Of a stretch of DNA of 64,000 nt, positions 52,445 through 63,200 are shown piece by piece. Source of the stretch: Klebsiella pneumoniae. GTDB lineage: Bacteria > Pseudomonadota > Gammaproteobacteria > Eutrophobiales > Eutrophobiaceae. A program made the position numbers and the translations under genes. Location of the stretch: positions 67,698-131,697 of the forward strand of contig CAMDWI010000007.1 of the NCBI GenBank assembly GCA_945878555.1. The letters are read 5' to 3'. Each line of letters begins with the position of its first letter. The stretch's first letter is position 1. The notes beneath the pieces were generated by a model. It searched no databases. It saw only the letters and a program-made list of their open reading frames with translations, and was not told the origin of the DNA.

Positions 52445-53899
52445 TTACTCTAAAAAATGGTCCACATCAGGGATGATGTCGCCGGCCCTGACTATCTTCA
52501 TGTTGTTTGTACCACCACGGCGACCACGCAGGTCGCCCTTGGTGATAATGACAAGTTCGCCATCCCTCACAAAATTGCGTTCGGTCAACTCTGCCACCAG
52601 TTCCTGGTTGATCTTCACAGTATCGGTACTGGTTACGTCAAAAAGGATCGGATAAACACCACGGTAAAGCTTGACCTTGCGCATCGTATTCAAATGGCGG
52701 GTAAAGGCAAAGATGGGTATACCGGAACTGATGCGTGACATAAACAACGCTGTCGAACCGGTTTCAGTCAGGGCAGCTATCGCACTGGCACCAATATGAT
52801 TGGCCGCATACATGGTCGACATGGCGATTGCCTCACCAATATTATCGAAACGAGTGTTGATACGATGGTCAGAGACCCTGATTGCGCGCTGCTTTTCCGT
52901 CTCCTCACAGATATTCGCCATCGCCTGCACAACCTTGACCGGATACAGACCCATACTGGTTTCGCCAGACAACATCACCGCGTCGGTACCATCGAGAACC
53001 GCATTGGCCACGTCAAACACCTCGGCACGGGTCGGCGTCTGGTTTTCGATCATCGACTCCATCATCTGGGTAGCGGTAATAACGGCCGTATCCATCTCGC
53101 GTGCCAGATTGATCAGACGTTTCTGAACTGGCGGCAGCGCTGCGTCACCGATTTCCACACCCAGGTCACCCCGGGCAATCATGATCGCATCGGCCGCACT
53201 GATAATCTGTTCGGCATTGTGCAATGCCTCGGTACGCTCCATCTTTGCAATAATGTGCGCGTGGCTCTTCAGCTTTTTCAGATGGGCCCGGGGAATGGAG
53301 ATGTCCTTTGCCGATTTGACGAAGGAGACAGCGATATAATCGACACCCATGCTGACCGCATGCACCAGATCAGAAATGTCCTTTTCGGTCAGGCCGTCTG
53401 TCGACAAACCACCACCCTGCAGGTTGATGCCCTTGCTGTTGGACAGCTCTCCACCAACAACGGTGAAACAATGAATCTCGGAGCCTTTCACCTTTTCAAC
53501 TTCGAGAACGATTCTGCCGTCATCCAGCAACAACCGGTTACCGCGTTTTACGTCCTTGGCCAGTTTTTTATAGGTGACACCAACACGATCCTTGCTACCG
53601 GCACCCGGATCCAGCTGGGTATCGAGGATGAACGGATCATTCTCCTTCAGAAAGATCTTGCCACGCTTGAAACGCTCAAGCCGGATTTTCGGACCTTGCA
53701 GATCGGCGATAATACCGGTCTCTATACCTACTTTCGCAGAGAGCTCACGAACCTGGCGGATACGAACCTCATGCGATTTATGGTTCTGGTGTGAATAATT
53801 CATCCTGAACAGATCAACCCCCGAGAGGATCAGTTGTTCAAGTATTTTCGGATCGTCCGTTGCCGGACCGAGTGTGGCTATAATCTTCGTTCTGCGCAT
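52445..53899 (-). CDS. pyk: pyruvate kinase
   Basis: Contains MRRTKIIATLGPA. Start set at that Met, which has an AAGGA ribosome-binding site, rather than the upstream GTG. Confidence 0.85.
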   Translation of the reverse strand: MRRTKIIATLGPATDDPKILEQLILSGVDLFRMNYSHQNHKSHEVRIRQVRELSAKVGIETGIIADLQGPKIRLERFKRGKIFLKENDPFILDTQLDPGAGSKDRVGVTYKKLAKDVKRGNRLLLDDGRIVLEVEKVKGSEIHCFTVVGGELSNSKGINLQGGGLSTDGLTEKDISDLVHAVSMGVDYIAVSFVKSAKDISIPRAHLKKLKSHAHIIAKMERTEALHNAEQIISAADAIMIARGDLGVEIGDAALPPVQKRLINLAREMDTAVITATQMMESMIENQTPTRAEVFDVANAVLDGTDAVMLSGETSMGLYPVKVVQAMANICEETEKQRAIRVSDHRINTRFDNIGEAIAMSTMYAANHIGASAIAALTETGSTALFMSRISSGIPIFAFTRHLNTMRKVKLYRGVYPILFDVTSTDTVKINQELVAELTERNFVRDGELVIITKGDLRGRRGGTNNMKIVRAGDIIPDVDHFLE

Positions 53900-53912
53900 T
53901 TTTTCCTTTCTT

Positions 53913-55127
53913 CTAGTATTCGCGTTCTGTTGCACGCCATGCCAGTGCCCGTTCTTCGAGTATGGCGATGGCAGGTAAGGTCTTGCCTTCGAGGAATTCC
54001 AGGAACGCCCCGCCGGCGGTGGTGATATAGGACAGTTTCGGTGCTATACCGAACTTGCTGATAGCTGAAAGAGTGTCGCCCCCGCCGGCAACCGAGAAGG
54101 CATGGCTGTCGGCAATGGCATTGGCAACTATCCCGGTTCCGCGGCTGAACTGCTCGATTTCAAACACGCCCAGGGGACCATTCCATATTATCGTCTTCGC
54201 CTGTAACAGCGCGTCGGCATACTGCTGTGCGGTTTTCGGGCCGATATCGAGGATCATATCGTCCTCACCTATATTATCCAGTGTCCGGATCTCTGCCTCT
54301 GCGTAGTCACTGACAGTCTTGCCACAGACTACATCAACCGGTAAGGGCAGGTATTTACCATCCTGTTTCGCAATCTTCATGATTTCCCGCGCGCTGTCCA
54401 GCAACTCGTCTTCACACAGCGAACTGCCGATATCAACACCGCTTGCCTTCAGGAAAGTATTGGCAATACCGCCACCAATGATCAGTTGATCCACCCTGTT
54501 CAGCAATGACTTGAGGATATTCAGTTTGGTCGAGACCTTCGAACCACCCACAATCGCTATCAGCGGTCGTGCCGGATTTTTAAACGCGGCAGTCAGCACT
54601 TCCATTTCCTTCACCATCAACGGACCTGCACAGGCCACCGGCGCATACTTGGCAACGCCATGGGTCGAGGCATGACTGCGGTGTGCCGCGGCAAAGGCAT
54701 CGTTCACATACACATCACACATCGCCGCCATCTTTCTTGCCAGCTGGTCGTCATTTTTTGTCTCGCCGGCCTGGAAACGGACGTTTTCCAGAAGTACGAC
54801 ACGGGCACCGCCTGTTTCCCCGACAGCCGCCCAGTCAGAAATGAACGCAACCTTTTCGCCCAGCAAGGTGGCCAGATGATCGGCAACCAGCGCCAGGCTC
54901 GCCGCCGGGTCAAACTTGCCTTCCTTGGGCCGACCCATATGAGACATCAACACCAGATTTGCCCCGGACTCGATTATCCGGGTGATGGTTGGCAGACAGG
55001 CACGGATACGCTGATCATCTGCGACCTTGCCGTTTCGTACCGGGACGTTGAAATCAACTCGCAAAAGCACACGCTTACCGGACAGCGGGATATCGTCCAG
55101 TGTTACGAACAGGTTATTGCTGGCCAT
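53913..55127 (-). CDS. pgk: phosphoglycerate kinase
   Basis: Contains GKRVLLRVDFNVPV. Start set at MASNN; the upstream Met overlaps the gap coding end. Confidence 0.85.
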   Translation of the reverse strand: MASNNLFVTLDDIPLSGKRVLLRVDFNVPVRNGKVADDQRIRACLPTITRIIESGANLVLMSHMGRPKEGKFDPAASLALVADHLATLLGEKVAFISDWAAVGETGGARVVLLENVRFQAGETKNDDQLARKMAAMCDVYVNDAFAAAHRSHASTHGVAKYAPVACAGPLMVKEMEVLTAAFKNPARPLIAIVGGSKVSTKLNILKSLLNRVDQLIIGGGIANTFLKASGVDIGSSLCEDELLDSAREIMKIAKQDGKYLPLPVDVVCGKTVSDYAEAEIRTLDNIGEDDMILDIGPKTAQQYADALLQAKTIIWNGPLGVFEIEQFSRGTGIVANAIADSHAFSVAGGGDTLSAISKFGIAPKLSYITTAGGAFLEFLEGKTLPAIAILEERALAWRATEREY

Positions 55128-55134
55128 GGACCCG

Positions 55135-56148
55135 TTAACCTGCATTCATCAGCGCTATTGTTGTATCGAGCATGCGATTGGAAAAGCCCCACTCATTGTC
55201 ATACCAGGAAACCACCTTGACCAGCTTGCCTTCAATGACCTTTGTCAGTGAGGCATCCAGTGTTGATGATGCCGGATTATGATTGAAATCGATCGACACC
55301 AGCGGCTCTTCGGTATAGGCCAGTATGCCTTGCATCGAACCGGTGGCTGCTGACTTGACCAGCGCATTAATCTCCTTGATGCTGGTCTCACGTGCAGCGA
55401 TGAAACTCAGGTCGACCATCGACACGTTGATGGTGGGAACGCGCACGGCAAAACCATCGAGCTTGCCATTCAGCTCCGGCAAGACCAGTCCTACCGCCGC
55501 TGCTGCACCGGTCTTCGTCGGTATCATCGACATCGTTGCAGACCGTGCACGTCTCAGGTCCGAGTGATAAACATCGGTCAGGACCTGATCATTTGTGTAG
55601 GAATGCACTGTGGTCATGATGCCACTGACAATGCCCACACCATCATGCAATACCTTGGCCAGCGGTGCCAGACAGTTGGTTGTGCAGGAGGCATTTGAAA
55701 TAACAGTATCGGTGGACTTCAGTACGTTATGGTTAACACCGTACACAACGGTCGCATCCACGTCCTTTTCGCCCGGCGCCGAGATGATGACCTTTTTAGC
55801 GCCACCCAACAGATGCTTGCCGGCCTTCTCCTTGCTGGTAAACAGTCCGGTAGATTCATGAACAACATCAACACCTACGTCTTTCCACGGCAGTTTTGCC
55901 GGATCACGTTCGGAGAACACCCGGATTTTGTCACCATTAACGATCATGTAGTCACCTTCGACGCTGACCGTACCATGAAACTTTCCATGTGCTGTGTCGT
56001 AACGTGTCAGGTGTGCGTTCGTCTCTGCATTACCCAGGTCATTGATGGCAACAATCTGGATCTGTTTCGACAGATCAGATTCATATAATGCCCGCAGGAT
56101 GTTCCTGCCGATGCGTCCATAGCCGTTAATACCAATTTTTATAGTCAT
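55135..56148 (-). CDS. gap: glyceraldehyde-3-phosphate dehydrogenase
   Basis: Begins [15 protein letters not shown] and carries the [10 protein letters not shown] active site. Confidence 0.9.
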
Positions 56149-56191
56149 GAAAAATACTCCGGTTTGGTTACAGATTTTTCTCTATCAATGA

Positions 56192-58186
56192 TCACAACAG
56201 GCTGCTGACCAGTTTAATCAGGTTCGGTGTGGTAATACCAAAATGCTCATACACAACGTTACCAGGCGCGGACTCACCGAAGCCAGGCACCCCGAGTACC
56301 TTGCCATCCAGACCGGTATATTTTTTCCAGAAATCCGGTATGCCCGCCTCAACGGCCACGCGTTTTCGAACATGCGGAGGCAACACCGAGTTCCGGTACT
56401 GCTCATCCTGTGCATCAAAGACATCTGTGCTTGGCATTGACACTACCCGCACCTTGTGGCCTTGCTTGCCGAGGCTCTCTGCTGCATCAATGGCCATGCT
56501 GACCTCGGAGCCAGTGGCAATGATGATGGCATCAGGCTCATCGGTACCACCTGCAATTATATATCCACCACGGGCAATATTGCTGATCTGATCTGCCGTA
56601 CGGGCGATATGGCGCAAATTCTGTCTGGAAAACAGCAGACTGGTCGGGCGGGTACGGTTTTCAATCGCGACCGCCCATGCTACTGCCGTCTCGACCGTAT
56701 CACATGGCCGCCACAGCGACATATTCGGGATCATACGCAGGGTCGCCGCCTGTTCTACCGCCTGGTGGGTAGGCCCATCCTCGCCAAGTCCAATTGAATC
56801 ATGGGTAAACACAAACACGTTGCGCTGTTTCATCAGCGCCGCCATGCGCAAGGCATTGCGGGCATATTCTGAAAAAATGAGGAAGGTGGCGCCGTACGGG
56901 ATAAAACCACCGTGTAGTGCCAGGCCGTTGTTGATCGCGCACATGGCAAATTCACGCACGCCGTAATAGATATAGTTACCCGCCGGGTTGTTCCGGCTGT
57001 TACCGTTTGAACCCGACCAGATGGTCAGGTTCGATCCTGCCAGATCTGCCGAACCGCCAATCAATTCCGGTAACACCGGTCCGAACGCATCGAGCGTATT
57101 CTGCGAGGCCTTGCGTGAGGCTATCGACTCGGTCTTGTCTACGCACTTGCTGATAAATACGCTGACGCTCTGCTTCCATGCTGCCGGCAGATCTCCGCCG
57201 GTTCGACGCACAAACTCGGCAGCAAGCTCCGGATACTGTTTACGATAGACCGCAAACCTGTCATTCCAGGCAGATTCCAGCGTGGCACCCTGACTACGAC
57301 AGTCCCAGGCCTGGTAATAATTCTCCGGTATAACAAATGACTCGTGCTGCCAGCCCAGCGTCTTGCGGACCAGCGCGACTTCGTCAGCGCCGAGTGCAGC
57401 GCCGTGACAGGCCTCCTTGCCTTGCTTGTTTGGTGAACCCTTGCCGATAATCGTGTTACAGACCAGCAGGCTGGGTCTGTCGGTGACAGCTCGTGCTGCC
57501 AGTAGTGCCGTATTGATAGCCTCAGGGTCATGGCCATCGATACCATCGATAACATGCCACTGATAAGCTTCAAAGCGTTTTGCCACGTCCTCGGTAAACC
57601 AGCCATCTACCTCGCCATCGATGGAGATACCGTTGCTGTCATAAATGGCAATCAGCTTGCCCAGACCCAGCGTTCCGGCCAGCGAGCAGGCCTCATGGGA
57701 TACACCTTCCATCAGGCAACCATCACCCACAAACACATAGGTGTAATGATTTACAACCTCGAAACCGTCGCGATTGAACTGCGCGGCCAGTGTGCGTTCG
57801 GCCAGTGCCATACCCACCGCATTGGCCAGACCCTGCCCCAGAGGGCCGGTGGTCGTCTCGACGCCGGGTGTATAACCATGCTCGGGATGACCGGGCGTCT
57901 TCGAATGTAATTGCCGGAAGTTCTTTATATCGTCGATGGACAGGTCATACCCGGTCAGATGCAGCAAGGAGTACAACAACATGGAGCCATGTCCGTTCGA
58001 CAAGACAAAACGATCACGATCCACCCAGGTCGGGTTGGTCGGGTTGTGACGGAGGAAATCCCGCCAGAGCACAGTGGCAATCTCCGCCATACCCATCGGG
58101 GCACCGGGATGGCCTGAATTGGCCTTCTGCACGGCATCCATGCTAAGGACACGGATGGCGTTCGCTAATTCATGCCTGGACAGCAT
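56192..58186 (-). CDS. tkt: transketolase
   Basis: 664 aa. Begins [28 protein letters not shown], with the ThDP-binding GDGCLMEG. Confidence 0.9.
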
Positions 58187-58414
58187 TTATATCTCCACTC
58201 TCTGGTTTAATGTCGCAATCGTAATACTGCAGGCTGCCATGGACAGCATGTTTCCTGTATTTTCCAGGCATTACACTAGCTTTAGCCAACGTGAAACTGC
58301 AGGCGTCGAACAATTGTCTGGGGCTGGAGGCGGGTTTGCACCCTGGTACACAGGCCTGATTAACAGGGCCGTACATTGTCGCTCAGGAGGTGCGTCTGGG
58401 CAAGCACGGATCTT

Positions 58415-58975
58415 TCATTCCCGCCATTTTATTGAACATCCCATGCTTGGTATCTGACTGGCAGGTCCTGTACCGGTCCTGGAAATCTGCATCATCGCCT
58501 CAAATAATTCGCGTCTGGCGCCAGGATGGGGGTTTGAGGGAGTGGTGTCATCCAGTCGGCCCCGGTATTGCAACTCCAGATCACGGTTATATCCAAAAAA
58601 ATCCGGGGTACAGACGGCGCCATAGACCTTGCCCACCTGTTGGGTCTCATCTATCAGATAAGGGAACGGATAGCTGAACTCGGCTGCTACACGTCGCATA
58701 TTTTCAAGCGAATCTGCCGGGAATGCCGCTGTATCATTTGACATGATAGCGACCGTATGTACACCCGCCTTCAGCAGTTCGGCCGCATCCCGAACCAGCA
58801 GGTGCTGCACCGCCTTCACATACGGACAATGATTACAGATAAACATGACCAGTGTGCCATTCGGTCCACGGCATTGCTCCAGCGACCACATCCGTCCGTC
58901 AGTACCGGGCAGATTAAAATCCGGCGCGGGCTGTCCAAAATCACAGACAGGTGTATTCAGTAATGCCATCAGCAA
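58415..58975 (-). CDS. thioredoxin-fold redoxin (AhpC/TSA-like) with a CNHC motif
   Basis: 186 aa. APDFNLPGTDGRMWSLEQ...VMFICNHCPYV. Confidence 0.65.
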   Translation of the reverse strand: MLMALLNTPVCDFGQPAPDFNLPGTDGRMWSLEQCRGPNGTLVMFICNHCPYVKAVQHLLVRDAAELLKAGVHTVAIMSNDTAAFPADSLENMRRVAAEFSYPFPYLIDETQQVGKVYGAVCTPDFFGYNRDLELQYRGRLDDTTPSNPHPGARRELFEAMMQISRTGTGPASQIPSMGCSIKWRE

Positions 58976-59175
58976 ATTCCTCCCGGATTCAGGTCTGTAT
59001 TACCATGGCAGAGCATGATCCGCTCTGGCACTGACATTATGCCTGTTTTAACGCGATCACATAAGCACCTGATCAGTGTGCCCCACACTACTGACCCAAC
59101 ATCAGGATCATCAACCGATTTTAGGGTATAGTGGCCACCTGACCCGAACTTCAACCTCTGTAAGGATTATTTTTT

Positions 59176-60345
59176 ATGCAGAAGAATTACCTTTTTACCT
59201 CTGAGTCCGTATCCGAAGGCCACCCGGACAAAATGGCAGACCAGATTTCAGATGCCGTACTGGATGCATTACTTGCGCAGGATCCGATGTCCCGGGTCGC
59301 CTGTGAAACACTGATTACAACCGGTATGGTCGTGCTGGCCGGCGAGATTACCTCAAAGGCTAACATCGATTATGCCGCCGCCGCACGCGAGACAATCCGC
59401 CAGATCGGTTATACCTCGTCCTATATGGGTTATGACGCTGATACCTGCGCCGTACTTGTATCACTGGACAAACAGTCACCGGACATCGCCCAGGGCGTGA
59501 ACGAAGGCCAGGGTCTGGATCTGGACCAGGGTGCCGGTGACCAGGGTCTGATGTTCGGATATGCGTGTAATGAAACTGACGTCCTGATGCCATTTGCCAT
59601 CACCTACGCACACCGTCTGGTCAAAAAGCAGTCCGAGGTGCGCAAGCAGGGTGTATTGCCCTGGTTACGCCCCGACGCCAAGTCGCAGGTGACCGTGGTA
59701 TATGAAGACGGCAAGCCAAAATCAATTGATACCGTCGTCCTGTCTACCCAGCACAATCCGGAGATCGGCCACAAGGAATTGTCCGAGGCCGTGATCGAAC
59801 AGATCATCAAGCCGGTACTGCCTAAAGACATGATTACCTCAAAGACCCGTTATCTGGTCAACCCGACCGGACGCTTCGTTATCGGCGGTCCGATGGGTGA
59901 TTGTGGTCTGACCGGGCGCAAGATTATTGTCGATACCTATGGTGGCTCCGCCCATCACGGTGGCGGCGCCTTCTCCGGCAAGGACCCGTCCAAGGTTGAC
60001 CGTTCTGCCGCCTATGCCGGTCGTTATGTTGCCAAGAACATCGTTGCCGCCGGTCTGGCCGATGTCTGTGAGGTCCAGGTTGCCTACGCGATTGGTGTAG
60101 CCAAACCGGTCAGCACACTGGTCAATACCTATGGGACCAACAAGATAGATGAGGCGAAGATCATCGCGCTGGTCAACGAGCATTTCGATCTGCGACCAAA
60201 AGCGATCATCCAGACGCTGGATCTGCTGCGGCCTATCTACCGCAACAGTGCCGCCTACGGCCACTTCGGTCGTGAAGACGTGCAGTTCCCATGGGAAAAG
60301 ACCGACAAGGCCGCTGCCCTCCGGTCAGCTGCGGGACTGAAATAG
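59176..60345 (+). CDS. metK: S-adenosylmethionine synthetase
   Basis: 389 aa. Contains [25 protein letters not shown] and [19 protein letters not shown]. Confidence 0.9.
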
Positions 60346-60371
60346 GTTTCCAGTCTATCTGTGAAGATCCG

Positions 60372-60479
60372 GCTGCAACCCGGGACGGACGTTTCAGACA
60401 CGCCGTGAATACATCCATGTAGGCTCGGGTGCCGCATCCATGCGGCACACGGTCTTACACGTCCATCCCGGGTTGCAGC
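60372..60479. repeat. structured intergenic repeat, copy 5 (A orientation)
   Basis: 19-bp flanking inverted repeat gctgcaacccgggacggac / gtccatcccgggttgcagc, with one mismatch that would be a G-U pair in RNA. Core tttcagacacgccgtgaatacatccatgtaggctcgggtgccgcatccatgcggcacacggtcttacac. Lies downstream of metK. Confidence 0.7.
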
Positions 60480-60633
60480 AACAGTCGATTTTCCGGAACA
60501 GTACCCTCGGCACGGCAGCTGACCAACTATCAGCCAGACATGAAACTTATTGATGTCTCCGGTTGTCAGTTCTACTGAACGACACTATACTTAGCACCCC
60601 GATACAGACCATCTGCATCGGTTTACATCAGCA

Positions 60634-60706
60634 TCCACTCCGAGGAGCGTTGCGACGGGTCCACCCGCCAGGCTTGGAGTGAGGTTCAATCAAACGGCGC
60701 TCGTTG
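60634..60706 (+). promoter_or_regulatory. SAH riboswitch in the ahcY 5' leader
   Basis: CACUCCGAGGAGCGUUGCGACGGGUCCACCCGCCAGGCUUGGAGUGAGGUUCAAUCAAACGGCGCUCG.

- P1: CACUCCGAGG pairs with CUUGGAGUG.
- P2: hairpin CGGGUCCACCCG.
- Pseudoknot: GAGCG pairs with CGCUC.
- Conserved SAH-riboswitch strings present: GAGGAGCG.UGC, CAGGCU.GG and AACGGCGCUC.

Ends about 20 nt before the ahcY ribosome-binding site. Confidence 0.6.
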
Positions 60707-60727
60707 TGTTATTAGGAGAATAACAAG

Positions 60728-62143
60728 ATGAGCGTAGCAGGCAAGACACTGTTCAAGGATTACCATGTAGCCGATATGTCACTGGCCACATGGGGCCACA
60801 AGGAAATCCGTATCGCCGAGACCGAAATGCCGGGCCTGATGGCAATACGTCGTGAATACGGTAGCCAGCAACCACTGAAAGGCGCACGCGTAGCCGGTTC
60901 CTTACACATGACCATCCAGACTGCCGTACTGATCGAGACGCTGGTCGCACTCGGTGCAGAGGTACGCTGGGCGTCATGCAATATCTACTCAACCCAGGAC
61001 CATGCCGCAGCGGCAGTCGCTGACCAACAGATCCCTGTGTTTGCCTACAAGGGTGAATCACTGGAAGAATACTGGGACTACACCCACCGCATACTCGACT
61101 GGCACGACGGCGGCACACCGAACATGATCCTCGACGATGGTGGCGATGCCACCATGCTGGTCATACTCGGTTCGAATGCAGAGAAAGACATCTCTGTGCT
61201 CGACAATCCGGGCAGCACCGAGGAGAAATTCCTGTTTGCCTCGATCCGTAACAAGCTGAAAACCCATCCGGGCTGGTATTCCAGGATCAAGGCCAACATC
61301 AAGGGCGTGACCGAAGAAACAACGACCGGTGTACATCGTCTGTACCAGATGAAGAAGAACGGCACACTGCCGTTCCCGGCCATCAACGTAAATGACTCGG
61401 TGACCAAGTCGAAGTTTGACAATCTCTACGGCTGCCGTGAGTCGCTGGTTGACGGCATCAAACGTGCCACCGACGTGATGATCGCCGGCAAGGTATGTCT
61501 GGTGCTCGGTTATGGCGATGTGGGCAAGGGAAGCGCACAATCGTTACGGGGTCTGGGCGCAACGGTCTGGATAACAGAAATTGATCCGATCTGTGCGTTA
61601 CAGGCGGCGATGGAAGGTTACCGCGTCGTTCGTATGGATGAGGTCTGCGACCAGGTAGATATCTTTGTGACAGCCACGGGCAACTTCAATGTCATCACTC
61701 ATGATCATATGTTACGCATGAAAGACCAGGCCATCGTCTGTAACATCGGCCATTTTGACAACGAGATTGACATCGCCAGTATCGAGAAATACCAGTGGGA
61801 CGAGATCAAGCCGCAGGTGGATCATGTGATCTTCCCGGACGGCAAGCGCATCATCCTGCTGGCCAAGGGCCGACTGGTAAATCTGGGCTGTGGAACGGGT
61901 CATCCGAGCTTCGTCATGTCGAACTCATTCACGAACCAGGTGCTCGCGCAGATCGAGTTGTATTCGCACAATTCAAAATACACCAACGACGTGTATATAC
62001 TCCCGAAACATCTGGATGAAAAGGTTGCCAGGCTGCATCTGCAAAGGATCGGCGCGAACCTGACCGAACTGACACCGAAGCAGGCTGAATATATCAGTGT
62101 CGACAGGAACGGTCCGTACAAGGCGGATCATTACAGGTACTAG
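60728..62143 (+). CDS. ahcY: adenosylhomocysteinase
   Basis: 471 aa. NAD-binding GYGDVGKG and a full-length SAHH match. Confidence 0.9.
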
Positions 62144-62207
62144 AAGTTTGTTGTCCGTTACGCGTCATTCATCCGGCGCGTAACGGACGATCTTTACGGG
62201 AAATAAT

Positions 62208-63077
62208 ATGTCCACGTCAGCACAGACCAGAAAAAAGTACAGCTTCGAATTCTTCCCGCCGCGTTCGGCGGAGACCGAGGAAAAGCTGCAACACACGATG
62301 CAGCGCCTGGCTGCCCTGCAGCCCGACTTTTTTTCAGTCACGTTTGGTGCCGGTGGCAGCACCCGCGACAAGACACTGGAGACCGTGCTGTCGGTACGCG
62401 AGGCGACCGGTATTGATGCGGCACCGCATATCTCGTGTATTGGTTATGCGCTTGATGATCTGAAACAGGTAATCTCGACCTACCGCGAACACGGACTGCG
62501 TCACATCGTCGCACTGCGTGGCGATATTCCGTCCGGTGCGATAGGCAGCGGACCGCTGAAATACGCGAATGAGCTGGTCGGACTGATCCGTGCTGAAACC
62601 GGTGATTATTTTCATATTGATGTTGCGTGTTATCCGGAAGTACATCCGCAATCGGTTAGTGCGCGCAAGGATTTTGAAAACTTCAAACGCAAGGTGGATG
62701 CCGGGGCGAACGGGGCGATTACCCAGTACTTCTATAACCCGGATGCCTACTTTTATTTTATGGATGACTGTCAACGCGCCGGTATCGACATCCCTGTCAT
62801 ACCCGGGATCATGCCTATTATCAACCGCGAACAGTTACTCCGCTTTTCCCGACTGTGTGGTGCGGAAATTCCACTCTGGATTTTAAAAAGACTGGAGGAC
62901 TATGCGGACGATCTGGACGCCATCCAGACCTTTGGTAACGATGTTGTCACTGGCTTGTGCTCTACCTTGCTGGAAGGTGGTGCACCCGGCCTGCATTTCT
63001 ATACGATGAACCGCCACCATTCGTCCGAGACCATCTGGCAAAATCTGCGTCTGACCGGCTCGCCAGACTCCGGCTGA
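62208..63077 (+). CDS. metF: 5,10-methylenetetrahydrofolate reductase
   Basis: 289 aa. Contains YSFEFFPP and the TIM-barrel MTHFR body. Confidence 0.9.
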   Translation: MSTSAQTRKKYSFEFFPPRSAETEEKLQHTMQRLAALQPDFFSVTFGAGGSTRDKTLETVLSVREATGIDAAPHISCIGYALDDLKQVISTYREHGLRHIVALRGDIPSGAIGSGPLKYANELVGLIRAETGDYFHIDVACYPEVHPQSVSARKDFENFKRKVDAGANGAITQYFYNPDAYFYFMDDCQRAGIDIPVIPGIMPIINREQLLRFSRLCGAEIPLWILKRLEDYADDLDAIQTFGNDVVTGLCSTLLEGGAPGLHFYTMNRHHSSETIWQNLRLTGSPDSG

Positions 63078-63200
63078 TAGCCGCCATACCATAGCCACGA
63101 TTCGGGGAGAATCCCCTTTCACGCGTGGTTTCTCCTGCCTGATACTTGTAGTGTCCATGACAAGGTTGTATTTTGCGTCAATCAGTAACGATGGAGAGCT

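Noticed and set aside
52796-53794. 332-aa plus-strand ORF
   Set aside because: Antisense to pyruvate kinase, with no motifs. A frame artefact.
58976-59175. Possible SAM riboswitch upstream of metK
   Set aside because: Inspected for SAM-I and SAM-II conserved strings and pairing. None found. Only the ahcY leader carries a riboswitch-like element.
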